64,000 nt of DNA from Candidatus Poribacteria bacterium. GTDB lineage: Bacteria; Poribacteria; WGA-4E; WGA-3G. Location: the NCBI GenBank assembly GCA_965197475.1, contig CBDANF010000002.1, forward strand, positions 544,001-608,000. Direction: 5' to 3'. Positions 48,007 through 58,252 of the stretch are shown here, in pieces. Numbering within the stretch: position 1 is the stretch's first letter; each line of letters opens with the position of its first letter. The notes below the pieces were generated by a model. The model was given only the letters and a program-made list of their open reading frames with translations. It did not search any database and was not told the origin of the DNA. Both the position numbers and the translations under genes were made by a program.

Positions 48007-50121
48007 ATGAAGACTAAATTCCTTTTGATTTTAACCATTTTGTTTGCGGCACTTACATTTACTCCGAACATTTTTCCGCAAGATTCACCGCAATGGCAGC
48101 TACCCGAAGGTGCGAAAATGCGTTTCGGTAAAGGTAGGATATATGAGATAGCATACTCTCCAGATGGCACGCGTTTGGCGGTGGCAAGCTCCATCGGAGT
48201 TTGGCTCTACGATGCGGAGACTGGTGAGGAGCTTGACCTACTCACAGGGCATACAGGTAGAGTTATTAGTGTCGTATTTAGTCCGGATGGAAAAACAATC
48301 GCAAGTGGGAGTACGGACAGAACTATTCGTCTGTGGAATGTGGACACAGGACAACACATCCGCACGCTTACCGGGCATGGAGGGACGGTCCAGAGCGTAG
48401 CGTTCAGTCCGGACGGGAAAAAAATCGCAAGTGGCAGTAGGGATCATACCCTCCGTCTGTGGGATGCGGACACAGGCACACTCCTCCATAAATTAATAGG
48501 ACACCAGGGTGGAGGTGGTCGAGGCGATGTTTTAGCAACTTATGCCTATCTTAGCGTTGCGTTCAGTCCGGATGGGAAGACACTTGCAGGCGGTAATCAA
48601 ACAAGTTTTATCAACCTGTGGGATGTGGATACAGGCATGCTCCTCCGCACGCTCATAAGGAATTATGATCATGGTGATGTCCTTAGCGTGGTATTCAGTC
48701 CGGATGGCAATAAAATCGCAAGCGGCGGTAGCGACGGCACTATCCGTCTGTGGGATGCGGACACAGGCACACCTCTCTACAGGCTCAGCGGGATTACAGA
48801 GCATTTTGCTTTTGTTAGTAGCGTCGTTTTCAGTCCGGATGGAAAAACACTTGCAAGTAGCAGTAGCCACCTCGGTACTATCCATCTGTGGGATGCGGAC
48901 ACAGGCACACCTCTTCGTATACTCACGGGGCATGCGGAGAGTACTTATAGCGTAGTGTTCAGTCCGGATGGCAATAAAATCGCAAGTAGTGGGAGGGACA
49001 GCACTAGTGACAGCACTATCCGTTTGTGGGATGCCCACACAGGACAACCCATCCGCAAACTCGCTGAGCATTTGTTTTTATCCTCTAACGTTGAGTTTAG
49101 TCCGGATGGGGAAATAATCGCAAGCGGCAGCAACAAAGGTACTATCTATCTGTGGGATACTGACACAGGTAAGCTTCTTCGTCTCCTCACGGGACATGAT
49201 CGTCGGGTCCATAGCGTAGCGTTCAGCCCAGATAACAAAACAATCGCAAGTAGCAGTACGGACAGCACTATTCGTCTGTGGAATGCGGACACAGGCACAC
49301 ACATCCGCACAATCAGAGAGTATGGCGGTAGCGTCGTGTTCAGTCCGGATGGAAAAACAATTGTCAGTGGCAGGAATTACCGCACTATTCATCTGTGGGA
49401 TGCGGACACAGGCACACTCCTCCGCACAATCACATGGGATGCAGTTCGAGGCTTTTATAATGTGGTCCTTAGTCCGGATGGAAAAACAATCGCAAGTGGC
49501 AGTTGGGACGGACCTATCTATCTGTTGGATGCGGACACAGGCACACTCCTCCGCACAATCACAGTGCCTCTAAGTGCTGGCAGTACGCTCGCGTTTAGCC
49601 CGGATGGGAAAAAGCTCGTAAGTGACGGTGGTCGCAACCGCACTATACATCTTTGGGATGTGGACACAGGTACACTTCTCCAAACACTTACATGGAGTGG
49701 AGGTGCTGTCTTTAGCATCGCTTTCAGTCCGGATGGCAAGACAATCGCAAGTGGCAGTAGCGACCATACCATCCGTTTGTGGGATGCCCAAACAGGAGGA
49801 GAACCCCGCCGCGCACTTATAGGGCATACGTATTTTGTTACTAGCGTCGCTTTCAGTCCGGATAGCAAGACAATCGCAAGTGGCAGTAGCGATGGGACTG
49901 TGTTACTATGGGATATTGCACCATCACAACTGTCCGAAGATATTAATGGGGACGGTGTTGTGAATATTCAAGATTTAGTTGCTGTGGCACAGGCTTTTGG
50001 CGAAGCGGAACCCGATCTCAACGACGATGGTGTTGTGAATATTCAGGACTTGATCATTGTGGCATCGGCATTTGGGAATACGGTTGCTGCCCCTAAAGAC
50101 TCTGAAAACTCTGAAGAATAG
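48007..50121 (+). CDS. Secreted WD40 protein (14 repeats) + dockerin
   Basis: Signal peptide; QWQLPEGAKMRFGKG; 14 (F/Y/L)SPD repeats; EDINGDGVVNIQDL..PDLNDDGVVNIQDL. Confidence 0.93.
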   Translation: MKTKFLLILTILFAALTFTPNIFPQDSPQWQLPEGAKMRFGKGRIYEIAYSPDGTRLAVASSIGVWLYDAETGEELDLLTGHTGRVISVVFSPDGKTIASGSTDRTIRLWNVDTGQHIRTLTGHGGTVQSVAFSPDGKKIASGSRDHTLRLWDADTGTLLHKLIGHQGGGGRGDVLATYAYLSVAFSPDGKTLAGGNQTSFINLWDVDTGMLLRTLIRNYDHGDVLSVVFSPDGNKIASGGSDGTIRLWDADTGTPLYRLSGITEHFAFVSSVVFSPDGKTLASSSSHLGTIHLWDADTGTPLRILTGHAESTYSVVFSPDGNKIASSGRDSTSDSTIRLWDAHTGQPIRKLAEHLFLSSNVEFSPDGEIIASGSNKGTIYLWDTDTGKLLRLLTGHDRRVHSVAFSPDNKTIASSSTDSTIRLWNADTGTHIRTIREYGGSVVFSPDGKTIVSGRNYRTIHLWDADTGTLLRTITWDAVRGFYNVVLSPDGKTIASGSWDGPIYLLDADTGTLLRTITVPLSAGSTLAFSPDGKKLVSDGGRNRTIHLWDVDTGTLLQTLTWSGGAVFSIAFSPDGKTIASGSSDHTIRLWDAQTGGEPRRALIGHTYFVTSVAFSPDSKTIASGSSDGTVLLWDIAPSQLSEDINGDGVVNIQDLVAVAQAFGEAEPDLNDDGVVNIQDLIIVASAFGNTVAAPKDSENSEE

Positions 50122-50139
50122 CACGTTTGATTTACCCGA

Positions 50140-50264
50140 ATGGTAGGACGGTTTTCCGCTAAATGCCAGATGCACATTTGGCGTTGATTCATTGTTCCGT
50201 ATCGTTCGCTAAGCCTTTCGTTGCACGAGAGCGGATGGAAAACGCGGAGCGTGCCTGCTACCAT
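50140..50264. repeat. Intergenic GTAG-type REP-like fold-back
   Basis: ATGGTAG...CTACCAT and GTTTTCC...GGAAAAC arms; right arm reverse complement GGTAGCAGGCACGCTCCGCG. Confidence 0.5.
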
Positions 50265-50303
50265 GTTCAAATCAATCTGCAAGGAAGTATAAGGAGACAC
50301 ACA

Positions 50304-51524
50304 ATGAAAAACAAGGTTTTTTTGATGTTGACACTATCCATTCTCGTTTTACCCCTCAACTCTCATAGCGACTTTCCTCCGGGGACCATATTTCCTAAGG
50401 ATGTACCGGGGGAGTACCCTGAACCTGTCGAAATACACATTGACGGTGCTGTAGATTACTTACAATATTCACTGGATGGCAAACTATTGGCAGTAGTGGC
50501 TTACCCTGGTTCTGGTCTACACCTCTACAATACACAAACTCTTGAAGAAATCTATCAGATCAAAGCAGAAGAAGGTTTTAATGGGGACTGTATAGCGTTT
50601 AGTCCGGATGGAAAAGTCCTCGCAAGTGGTGGACATCGGGGTAATATCAAGTTGTGGAATGTAGTGACAGGAACACACAAGCAGACGCTAAAAGCCCATT
50701 CAAGGGGTGTATACAGCGTAGCGTTCAGTCCGGATGGACAAACACTCGCAAGTGGCGGGGTAGAGGGATATGTCATCTCAGATGGTGAAAAATTGACTAC
50801 TGGGGCAATCTATTTATGGGATGCAAACACGGGACAACTTCTTCATCGCCTCACGGAGCATAAACGGGGTGTCGCCAGTGTAGCGTTCAGTCCGGATGGC
50901 ATCACACTCGCAAGTGGGAGTTGGGACAACACCGTCCGTCTGTGGGATATAGCAACAGGTACAAACACACAAACTTATATAACAAAGCATCGTAACATAT
51001 TGGGGGTATCGTTCAGTCCGGATGGAAAAATACTCGCAAGTTGGGGGTTGTGGGACAGTATCTATTTATGGGATGCAAGCACGGGTAGTCTTCTTCACAC
51101 GCTTATACGTAGGACAAGTGATACGGATGCCCTTTTTAGCGTTGCCTTCAACTCATATGGTAATACACTCGCCACTGCAAGCGGAGAAGGGGTCCGTATA
51201 TGGGATGTGAATACGGGTAGTTATCTTCACAACATGCCGGAATCTATGAATATACCTCCACGTAGCGTGGCATTCAGTCCAGATGGGCGGACACTCGCAA
51301 GTGGGATGTGGGGCAGCACTGTACGTTTGTGGAATATTGCACCATCACAACTGCCCGAAGATGTTAATGCGGACGGTGTTGTCAATATTCAAGATTTAGT
51401 TGCTGTGGCACAGGCTTTTGGCGAAGCAGAACCGGATTTTAACGGCGATGGTGTTGTTAATATTCAGGACTTGATCATTGTGGCATCGGCATTTGGGAGT
51501 ACGGTTTCTGCCACTGAAGAATAG
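50304..51524 (+). CDS. Secreted WD40 protein (7 repeats) + dockerin
   Basis: AAGGAG-ATG 50304; signal peptide; 7 repeats; dockerin nearly identical to its neighbours. Confidence 0.92.
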   Translation: MKNKVFLMLTLSILVLPLNSHSDFPPGTIFPKDVPGEYPEPVEIHIDGAVDYLQYSLDGKLLAVVAYPGSGLHLYNTQTLEEIYQIKAEEGFNGDCIAFSPDGKVLASGGHRGNIKLWNVVTGTHKQTLKAHSRGVYSVAFSPDGQTLASGGVEGYVISDGEKLTTGAIYLWDANTGQLLHRLTEHKRGVASVAFSPDGITLASGSWDNTVRLWDIATGTNTQTYITKHRNILGVSFSPDGKILASWGLWDSIYLWDASTGSLLHTLIRRTSDTDALFSVAFNSYGNTLATASGEGVRIWDVNTGSYLHNMPESMNIPPRSVAFSPDGRTLASGMWGSTVRLWNIAPSQLPEDVNADGVVNIQDLVAVAQAFGEAEPDFNGDGVVNIQDLIIVASAFGSTVSATEE

Positions 51525-51546
51525 CACGCTTAATGCCACATAAACG

Positions 51547-51630
51547 GTAGGAGCGATTTTCAAATCATGACACATTCCGTAGGAGCGATCTCCGAATCGT
51601 GACCGGTCGGGAATCGGAATTCCCTCCTAC
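51547..51630. repeat. Cluster of three GTAG-type REP-like units
   Basis: GTAGGAGCGAT at 51547 and 51579; inverted ..TCCCTCCTAC ending at 51630; related unit GTAGGAGC at 10705. Confidence 0.65.
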
Positions 51631-51678
51631 CTTTGTCCTGGGTTTGTAATGATTTCCATAAAAAGGAGATATTGGACA

Positions 51679-53778
51679 ATGAAGACTAAATTCCTTTTGA
51701 TTTTAACCATTTTGTTTGCGGCACTTACATTTACTCCGAACATTTTTCCGCAAGATTCACCGCAATGGCATCTACCCGAAGGTGCGAAAATGCGTTTCGG
51801 TAAAGGTAGGATATATGAGATAGCATACTCTCCAGATGGCACGCGTTTGGCGGTGGCAAGCTCCATCGGAGTTTGGCTCTACGATGCGGAGACTGGTGAG
51901 GAGCTTGACCTACTCACAGGGCATACAGGTAGAGTTATTAGTGTCGTATTTAGTCCGGATGGAAAAACAATCGCAAGTGGGAGTACGGACAGAACTATTC
52001 GTCTGTGGAATGTGGACACAGGACAACACATCCGCACGCTTACCGGGCATGGAGGGACGGTCCAGAGCGTAGCGTTCAGTCCGGATGGGAAAAAAATCGC
52101 AAGTGGCAGTAGTGATCATACCCTCCGTCTGTGGGATGCGGACACAGGCACACTCCTCCATAAATTAATAGGACACCAGGGTGGAGGTGGTCGCGGCGAT
52201 GTTTTAGCAACTTATGCCTATCTTAGCGTTGCGTTCAGTCCGGATGGGAAGACACTTGCAGGCGGTAATCAAACAAGTTTTATCAACCTGTGGGATGTGG
52301 ATACAGGCATGCTCCTCCGCACGCTCATAAGGAATTATGATCATGGTGATGTCCTTAGCGTGGTATTCAGTCCGGATGGGAAAAAAATCGCAAGCGGCGG
52401 TAGCGACGGCACTATCCGTCTGTGGGATGCGGACACAGGCACACCTCTCTACAGGCTCAGCGGGATTACAGAGCATTTTGCTTCTGTTCATAGCGTCGTT
52501 TTCAGTCCGGATGGAAAAACACTTGCAAGTAGCAGTAGCCACCTCGGTACTATCCATCTGTGGGATGCGGACACAGGCACACCTCTTCGTATACTCACGG
52601 GGCATGCGGAGGGTGCTTATAGCGTAGTGTTCAGTCCGGATGGCAATAAAATCGCAAGTAGTGGGAATGACAGGACTAGTGACAGCACTATCCGTTTGTG
52701 GGATGCCCACACAGGACAACCCATCCGCAAACTCGCTGAGCATTTGTTTTTATCCTCTAACGTTGAGTTTAGTCCGGATGGGGAAATAATCGCAAGCGGC
52801 AGCAACAAAGGTACTATCTATCTGTGGGATACTGACACAGGTAAGCTTCTTCGTCTCCTCACGGGACATGATCGTCGGGTCCATAGCGTAGCGTTCAGCC
52901 CAGATAACAAAACAATCGCAAGTGGCAGTGCGGACAGCACTATCTGTCTATGGAATGCGGACACAGGCACACACATCCGCACAATCAGAGAGTATGGCAA
53001 TAGCGTCGTGTTCAGTCCGGATGGAAAAACAATTGTCAGTGGCAGGAATTACCGCACTATTCATCTGTGGGATACGGACACAGGCACACTCCTCCGCACA
53101 ATCACATGGGATGCAGTTCGTGGCTTTCTTATTAGTATGGACCTTAGTCCGGATGGAAAAACAATCGCAAATAGCAGTTGGGACGGACCTATCTATCTGT
53201 TGGATGCGGACACAGGCACACTCCTCCGCACAATCACAGTGCCTATAAGTGCTGGCATTCCGCTCGCGTTTAGCCCGGATGGGAAAAAGCTCGTAAGTGA
53301 CGGTGGTCGCAGCCGCACTATACATCTTTGGGATGTGGACACAGGTACACTTCTCCAAACACTCACAGGGAGTGGAGGTGGTGTCTTTAGCATCGCTTTC
53401 AGTCCGGATGGCAAGACAATCGCAAGTGGCAGTAGCGACCATACCATCCGTTTGTGGGATGCCCAAACAGGAGGAGAACCCCGCCGCGCACTTATAGGGC
53501 ATACGTATTTTGTTACTAGCATCGCTTTCAGTCCGGATAGCAAGACAATCGCAAGTGGCAGTAGGGATGGGACTGTGTTACTATGGGATATTGCACCATC
53601 ACAACTGTCCGAAGATATTAATGGGGACGGTGTTGTGAATATTCAAGATTTAGTTGCTGTCGCGAATGCTTTTGGGGAAGCAGAACCGGATCTCAACGAC
53701 GATGGTGTTGTTAATATTCAGGACTTGATCATTGTGGCATCGGCATTTGGGAATACGGTTTCTGCCACTGAAGAATAG
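51679..53778 (+). CDS. Secreted WD40 protein (14 repeats) + dockerin, near-duplicate of 48007-50121
   Basis: Long stretches identical to 48007 at nucleotide level; tail matches the 50304 gene. Confidence 0.93.
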   Translation: MKTKFLLILTILFAALTFTPNIFPQDSPQWHLPEGAKMRFGKGRIYEIAYSPDGTRLAVASSIGVWLYDAETGEELDLLTGHTGRVISVVFSPDGKTIASGSTDRTIRLWNVDTGQHIRTLTGHGGTVQSVAFSPDGKKIASGSSDHTLRLWDADTGTLLHKLIGHQGGGGRGDVLATYAYLSVAFSPDGKTLAGGNQTSFINLWDVDTGMLLRTLIRNYDHGDVLSVVFSPDGKKIASGGSDGTIRLWDADTGTPLYRLSGITEHFASVHSVVFSPDGKTLASSSSHLGTIHLWDADTGTPLRILTGHAEGAYSVVFSPDGNKIASSGNDRTSDSTIRLWDAHTGQPIRKLAEHLFLSSNVEFSPDGEIIASGSNKGTIYLWDTDTGKLLRLLTGHDRRVHSVAFSPDNKTIASGSADSTICLWNADTGTHIRTIREYGNSVVFSPDGKTIVSGRNYRTIHLWDTDTGTLLRTITWDAVRGFLISMDLSPDGKTIANSSWDGPIYLLDADTGTLLRTITVPISAGIPLAFSPDGKKLVSDGGRSRTIHLWDVDTGTLLQTLTGSGGGVFSIAFSPDGKTIASGSSDHTIRLWDAQTGGEPRRALIGHTYFVTSIAFSPDSKTIASGSRDGTVLLWDIAPSQLSEDINGDGVVNIQDLVAVANAFGEAEPDLNDDGVVNIQDLIIVASAFGNTVSATEE

Positions 53779-53879
53779 CACGCTTAATGCCACATAAACG
53801 GTAGGATCAATTTAAGAAAATGGTTTGTTTTTGTGTGAGTTAGGCGATATGTGTTGTCTGAATCTCGAATTTTCTCGGA

Positions 53880-54893
53880 TTACGCCAAATCAACGCCAGA
53901 GTCAACTTTTTCAATTTGCGCACCTATGTTGTTGGCATAAGTAATAAAGCAGGTGCCACCATTTGGCAATGTCGTTAGGAATTCTTCTGTTTTCTGTTTC
54001 AAGGTGTTGATATCCTCACTAATAGCACAAATTGCCGGTCCCCAACTACTTACACCAGCACCTAATGCTCCGTTAGTTTGCAAAAAATCAAGCGTTTGTT
54101 GCAATTCAGCACCTTGCGCATCAATCTCCACCTTTTTCCAACCGAACGTTTGAATCTTGTTTAAAGCTTTACCGAAACTATGCGAATTGTTTTCAAGAAG
54201 TGCAGGTAATACTTGTAGCAGAAGAAGATGTGACAACTTTGGAGCAACAGACGGAGGTTGCGGACATAGTGTTCGGAACAGTTCCAATTCTGCCTCACCG
54301 TAAATTCGTGAACAATTAGGCAGGACAATTAGGAGAGGCCATTTTGGAAACGTGTGCCGGAATAAAATCGGGGGTGGTGAAATATCGTCTGCGGCAGCAG
54401 AAGGGAGAAAAGAGGATTTTTGTTCGGGATAACGATGCCCTCCATCTACAATGAAGCCTCCAGTATCAAACGCTGCGACACCGATGCCGGACGTGCCACC
54501 ACGACCCACAGCGTTGGCGAGTTCCAAGACGCTTAAATTCAGATCATAAAGGGTGTTTACAGCAGCAGCTATACTGAGGGAGAGTTGTGTTCCTGAACCA
54601 AAACCACTATGCGTTGGAATTTCAGAGATAAATTTTAGTTTAATTCCGGGAAACTGATAAGTTGTTTGAAGTTGTGCCAGAATAGCACATGCACGTTCAT
54701 GGTACGCTGAAGATTCAACGTGAATTTCTGTTGACGGTTGGGCAATGATCTCAAAATTCGGCTCAGTGATGGCTAACCCGAATCCGCCATCAATTCGACC
54801 AAGTTGACCGTTCAAATCTATCAACGAAAAGTGCAGTCGAGCGGGGGTGGTAATTCTGATTTGGTTTATTTCGGTATTAGTTTCGCCTTTCAT
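53880..54893 (-). CDS. mptG: Beta-ribofuranosylaminobenzene 5'-phosphate synthase (GHMP fold)
   Basis: [55 protein letters not shown]; overlaps the ATPase stop. Confidence 0.88.
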   Translation of the reverse strand: MKGETNTEINQIRITTPARLHFSLIDLNGQLGRIDGGFGLAITEPNFEIIAQPSTEIHVESSAYHERACAILAQLQTTYQFPGIKLKFISEIPTHSGFGSGTQLSLSIAAAVNTLYDLNLSVLELANAVGRGGTSGIGVAAFDTGGFIVDGGHRYPEQKSSFLPSAAADDISPPPILFRHTFPKWPLLIVLPNCSRIYGEAELELFRTLCPQPPSVAPKLSHLLLLQVLPALLENNSHSFGKALNKIQTFGWKKVEIDAQGAELQQTLDFLQTNGALGAGVSSWGPAICAISEDINTLKQKTEEFLTTLPNGGTCFITYANNIGAQIEKVDSGVDLA

Positions 54894-55557
54894 CTTGCTC
54901 AATGAGACCGTCCCGAATATGGAGTACGCGTCTTGCATGTTCAGCAACCGTTGGTTCATGTGTAACCATGATGATGGTATTCCCTTCCTCATTAAGGCGG
55001 TCAAAAATAGCCAAAATTTCGGCACCGGAGCGCGTATCCAAGTTACCAGTCGGTTCGTCTGCGAAAAGGAGCGATGGCTTGTTCACAAGGGCGCGCGCAA
55101 TCGCGACACGTTGAACCTGCCCACCGGAAAGTTCAGTTGATTTGTGGTCAACTCGATCAGCTAATCCAACTGCCTCCAAAGATTCAAATGCTCTCCGTTT
55201 ACGTTCTTTTCGTCCTAAGCCAGAATAGATAAGTGGAAGTTCAACGTTGTGGAGTGCGCTTGTTCTCGGTAGAAGATTGAATGACTGGAATACGAAACCG
55301 ATCTTTTTATTCCGGATGTCTGCTAAGCGGTTATCCGAAAGTTTACCTACTTCTTCACCTTCAAGGTAATATTCACCATCTGTTGGGGTTGCAAGGCAGC
55401 CTAAAATATCCATCATGGTTGATTTTCCGGAACCGGAAGGCCCCATAATTGCAATGAACTCACCTGGTTCCACTGTGAAACTCACGCCTCGCAGTGCATG
55501 CACCTGCACATCACCCATCTCATAGATTTTTGTTATGTCTTTGACATCTATTAACAT
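54877..55557 (-). CDS. MacB/LolD-type ABC ATP-binding protein
   Basis: [36 protein letters not shown]. Confidence 0.95.
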   Translation of the reverse strand: MLIDVKDITKIYEMGDVQVHALRGVSFTVEPGEFIAIMGPSGSGKSTMMDILGCLATPTDGEYYLEGEEVGKLSDNRLADIRNKKIGFVFQSFNLLPRTSALHNVELPLIYSGLGRKERKRRAFESLEAVGLADRVDHKSTELSGGQVQRVAIARALVNKPSLLFADEPTGNLDTRSGAEILAIFDRLNEEGNTIIMVTHEPTVAEHARRVLHIRDGLIEQDERRN

Positions 55558-55860
55558 ATTTGTTGTTCCTCACGTTTTGATCATAGATGGTATTTCAATT
55601 TATCACTTGTATGTGATTTATGAAGTGATCTCTGACCAAATTCACCTATTATTGCGATTATATTTTCTCAAGAATCACTTCGATTTTCTTTCTTCTGTGG
55701 TTAAGATTTGCCTTATGTCTTCCTAATTCGTCGTCCAACATTTCTTGGTGGTGCTAAGATAGTTTCGTATGTTCGCTTCTTTAAAAACAGACAAATAAAT
55801 CAAGACTTCCATTTATCCCTCCAGTACATTTGTTTGACTTGGGCACAGGGGGCGGTCTGA

Positions 55861-56946
55861 TTATTGTGCGGACTTCTCCCTGTTACACCTTTTACAAAGC
55901 ATCTGGCAGTTATCCTCGTTGGTCTTGCCGCCCTCGGACCAGGGTGTGATATGGTCTGCTTCCATATCTTTGATTGCGAATTCGTCGTCACACTTGACAC
56001 AAATTCCTGACTGTTCTTCGTAGACCTTTTGCTTCATGCTGTCTGAAAAGGCGCGTATGTTCAGGTGTTTCTCCTCGCGAGTCAGAATGTACGGGTATAT
56101 ACCCGCTTTCCGTTGCACATCATCGTCAAGGACAAGGCGGGCGGTTTCCTGCTCAATCTCATTAGCGTCAAGGTCGGCATCTCCAAAGTCGTTGTGCAGC
56201 GAACCCCAATCTACGCCCCTCATCATTTTTGGTCTTGTGTTCGTGAAAGTGGATTCAACCCAATTGATCACCGATTGAAAATACCCCCATAGGGGCAACG
56301 CGTTTTCGTCGTGCTGATGCTTCCCCATGTAGTCTTCAATCGAGTCTTTGCTGACCCACTTAATCACTGTCTCCAAGTACTCTTGTCGGATTGGCGAACC
56401 ATTGACATAGGCATTGCCGATTTTGTATGCAGCGCAACCAGTCCGACTAAAATATCGCTTGGCATTTGACAACCAGGTTCCGGCGTAAACAGCATTACGC
56501 AACTCTTGATTGGTCAACTTCTTTCCCGCAATGTTTATAGTCTTGAACCACTCTAACTTTTCGCTGTCTGTCCCGGTACAGACGTAGACCGTCAACTCGT
56601 AATCCAATATCAATTCTTGTTTGTCTGATGGGAGATTGTGGAAGTATTTACCTTCGATCGAGAAATCGCCATCCACATACTGAGCAACGGAGATTGTACG
56701 CTGCTGTCCGTCAATGATCTCGAACGTACCGTCTTCCCGGTCTGCCCAGTACATCACGTTCAACGGGAATCCTTTCAGGATGGAGTCAATGACGGCGTTG
56801 CGTTCCTTGTCGTTGTAGATAAACTCCCGTTGAAATGGCGGACGTATATCCAATTTGCCGCCATACCCGGTTACACCGTCCTCGCGAGCGTCCTCGTAAT
56901 CCTCGACAATCTCTTCCACCGTGAGGTCTAACAACTCGATTTTCAT
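55861..56946 (-). CDS. DUF262 (ParB/Srx-like) + HNH endonuclease fusion (GmrSD-like)
   Basis: RPPFQREF, IIDGQQR, F.TIN..GKKL; CVKC..ADHITPWS.GG....NCQMLCKRCN; ATGA overlap with the MTase. Confidence 0.88.
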   Translation of the reverse strand: MKIELLDLTVEEIVEDYEDAREDGVTGYGGKLDIRPPFQREFIYNDKERNAVIDSILKGFPLNVMYWADREDGTFEIIDGQQRTISVAQYVDGDFSIEGKYFHNLPSDKQELILDYELTVYVCTGTDSEKLEWFKTINIAGKKLTNQELRNAVYAGTWLSNAKRYFSRTGCAAYKIGNAYVNGSPIRQEYLETVIKWVSKDSIEDYMGKHQHDENALPLWGYFQSVINWVESTFTNTRPKMMRGVDWGSLHNDFGDADLDANEIEQETARLVLDDDVQRKAGIYPYILTREEKHLNIRAFSDSMKQKVYEEQSGICVKCDDEFAIKDMEADHITPWSEGGKTNEDNCQMLCKRCNREKSAQ

Positions 56947-57908
56947 TGCTGTATCCTCCTGTTGCGGATAACGATTCTGAAATAGGGACATTTGCCGTTT
57001 ATGCTCAAATCCTTATCGTCGTTTCCTTTTCTAAACCGAATTATCTGGAATTGATCAGGGTTGTGCTTGTCCAAGAAGGTAATCGGCACGCCCATTTCTC
57101 CAGCATAATCTACTGGGATATCAGACGTTTTACCCACGTTGATCGCATCGTAATTATCGTACTTCGGATATTCATCAGGAGAGTATTTCTTGTAAAGGAT
57201 TAGGTCTTCGTGCCGCTTCTTATGGTCGAGGTTGGTAAACCAAACAGCATTCCCCAATCTGCCCTTGACGACATCATCCACCAGTCGGTAGGCACTGCCC
57301 TCCTTCTTGTTTCTAACCAATTCTCTTGCATAGTCTTTCGGCACATCAAAAAGCATATCTTTGCCAGCCGGACCATGACCAAGCCACAACCTGTCACTCT
57401 TGATTAGGGGAAATACCTCTTTGTATGTTATCGCGTTCATGCTCCCAATGACGACAAATTTTTTGTCGTATTCGACCAGTTGCGTGATATACTCCCTGAA
57501 CAATGAAAACGGCGGATTTGTAACCACAATGTCTGCCTGTTTAAGCAACTCAATACATTCGCGGCTCCTGAAATCGCCGTCTTCCTTGAGTTGAAATTTG
57601 GTGGATTCTGTTCCATTGCCGACATACTCAAGTCCGGCAGCGGTTTCCATGTCGTGTTTACTGAACATATCTATCTGCCGATTTTTGTAGCAGGTTGTGA
57701 TCAGTTTTTTGAGTCCAAGTTTCGCGAAATTCCGCTCAAAGTAGTGAGAGAAATTGCTGATGGTGGGATCGTCGCAATTGCAGTAAACAGTCTTGCCGCG
57801 AAAATGCTTCCTGTAATGCTTTAGCTCTTTCTCGATGTCCGGGAGTTGTGTGTAAAATTCATCTTGCTTTGCTCTATTCGCAGCGTGCAGAGACTGATTC
57901 TTTGCCAT
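56943..57908 (-). CDS. Adenine-specific DNA methyltransferase, EcoRI family
   Basis: K.DEFYT, VYCNCDDP..SNF, GDFRS.EC..LL..ADIVVTNPPFSLFREY, WFTNL, YDNYDAI.V, MGVPITF. Confidence 0.9.
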   Translation of the reverse strand: MAKNQSLHAANRAKQDEFYTQLPDIEKELKHYRKHFRGKTVYCNCDDPTISNFSHYFERNFAKLGLKKLITTCYKNRQIDMFSKHDMETAAGLEYVGNGTESTKFQLKEDGDFRSRECIELLKQADIVVTNPPFSLFREYITQLVEYDKKFVVIGSMNAITYKEVFPLIKSDRLWLGHGPAGKDMLFDVPKDYARELVRNKKEGSAYRLVDDVVKGRLGNAVWFTNLDHKKRHEDLILYKKYSPDEYPKYDNYDAINVGKTSDIPVDYAGEMGVPITFLDKHNPDQFQIIRFRKGNDDKDLSINGKCPYFRIVIRNRRIQQ

Positions 57909-57916
57909 GATATAGT

Positions 57917-58225
57917 TTATCCATTTCGGAATTTTGTGCGGAAATATTCAAAGCGAGCAACCATTTCGTCAATAGGTACGATATCCCAATGCCCCCTGAC
58001 TGAATTATCAGCGAACCGCAGGCGTTTCAAAGCATCAAGAGCCTCAGTTATCTCCCATTGGTTTTTTTTAGCAGAAGGGAGTCCTCCTCTCTTACTGTGT
58101 ATTCCCTCAATTGTCTCGCCGATGAGATTGCGTCGAATACGCTGCTTCCCCTGAAATATTTCTATAATCAGTTCTACTGCTATAGGGGCATCAAGCGGTT
58201 TGCCTTTATATTCATATTTGTCCAT
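57917..58225 (-). CDS. Small hypothetical protein, possible winged-helix (Mrr-N-like) domain
   Basis: GGAG RBS before ATG 58225; helical segment ending AL..LKRLRFADNSVRGHWDI, a wing-like motif. Confidence 0.5.
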   Translation of the reverse strand: MDKYEYKGKPLDAPIAVELIIEIFQGKQRIRRNLIGETIEGIHSKRGGLPSAKKNQWEITEALDALKRLRFADNSVRGHWDIVPIDEMVARFEYFRTKFRNG

Positions 58226-58252
58226 GATATAACCTGCTCCTTCGCTCCAGAA

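Noticed and set aside
48164-53543. Many overlapping alternative-frame and antisense ORFs
   Set aside because: They are shadows of the repetitive WD40 coding sequence, recurring identically in both duplicates with no independent signals.
48007-53778. Diversity-generating retroelement (template/variable repeat pair)
   Set aside because: Differences are not adenine-specific (G/T, C/G, T/C changes and an indel), both copies are full genes, and there is no reverse transcriptase in the window.
56943-57908. Classical EcoRI (GAATTC) R-M system
   Set aside because: The partner is DUF262-HNH, not an EcoRI endonuclease; specificity cannot be read from family membership.
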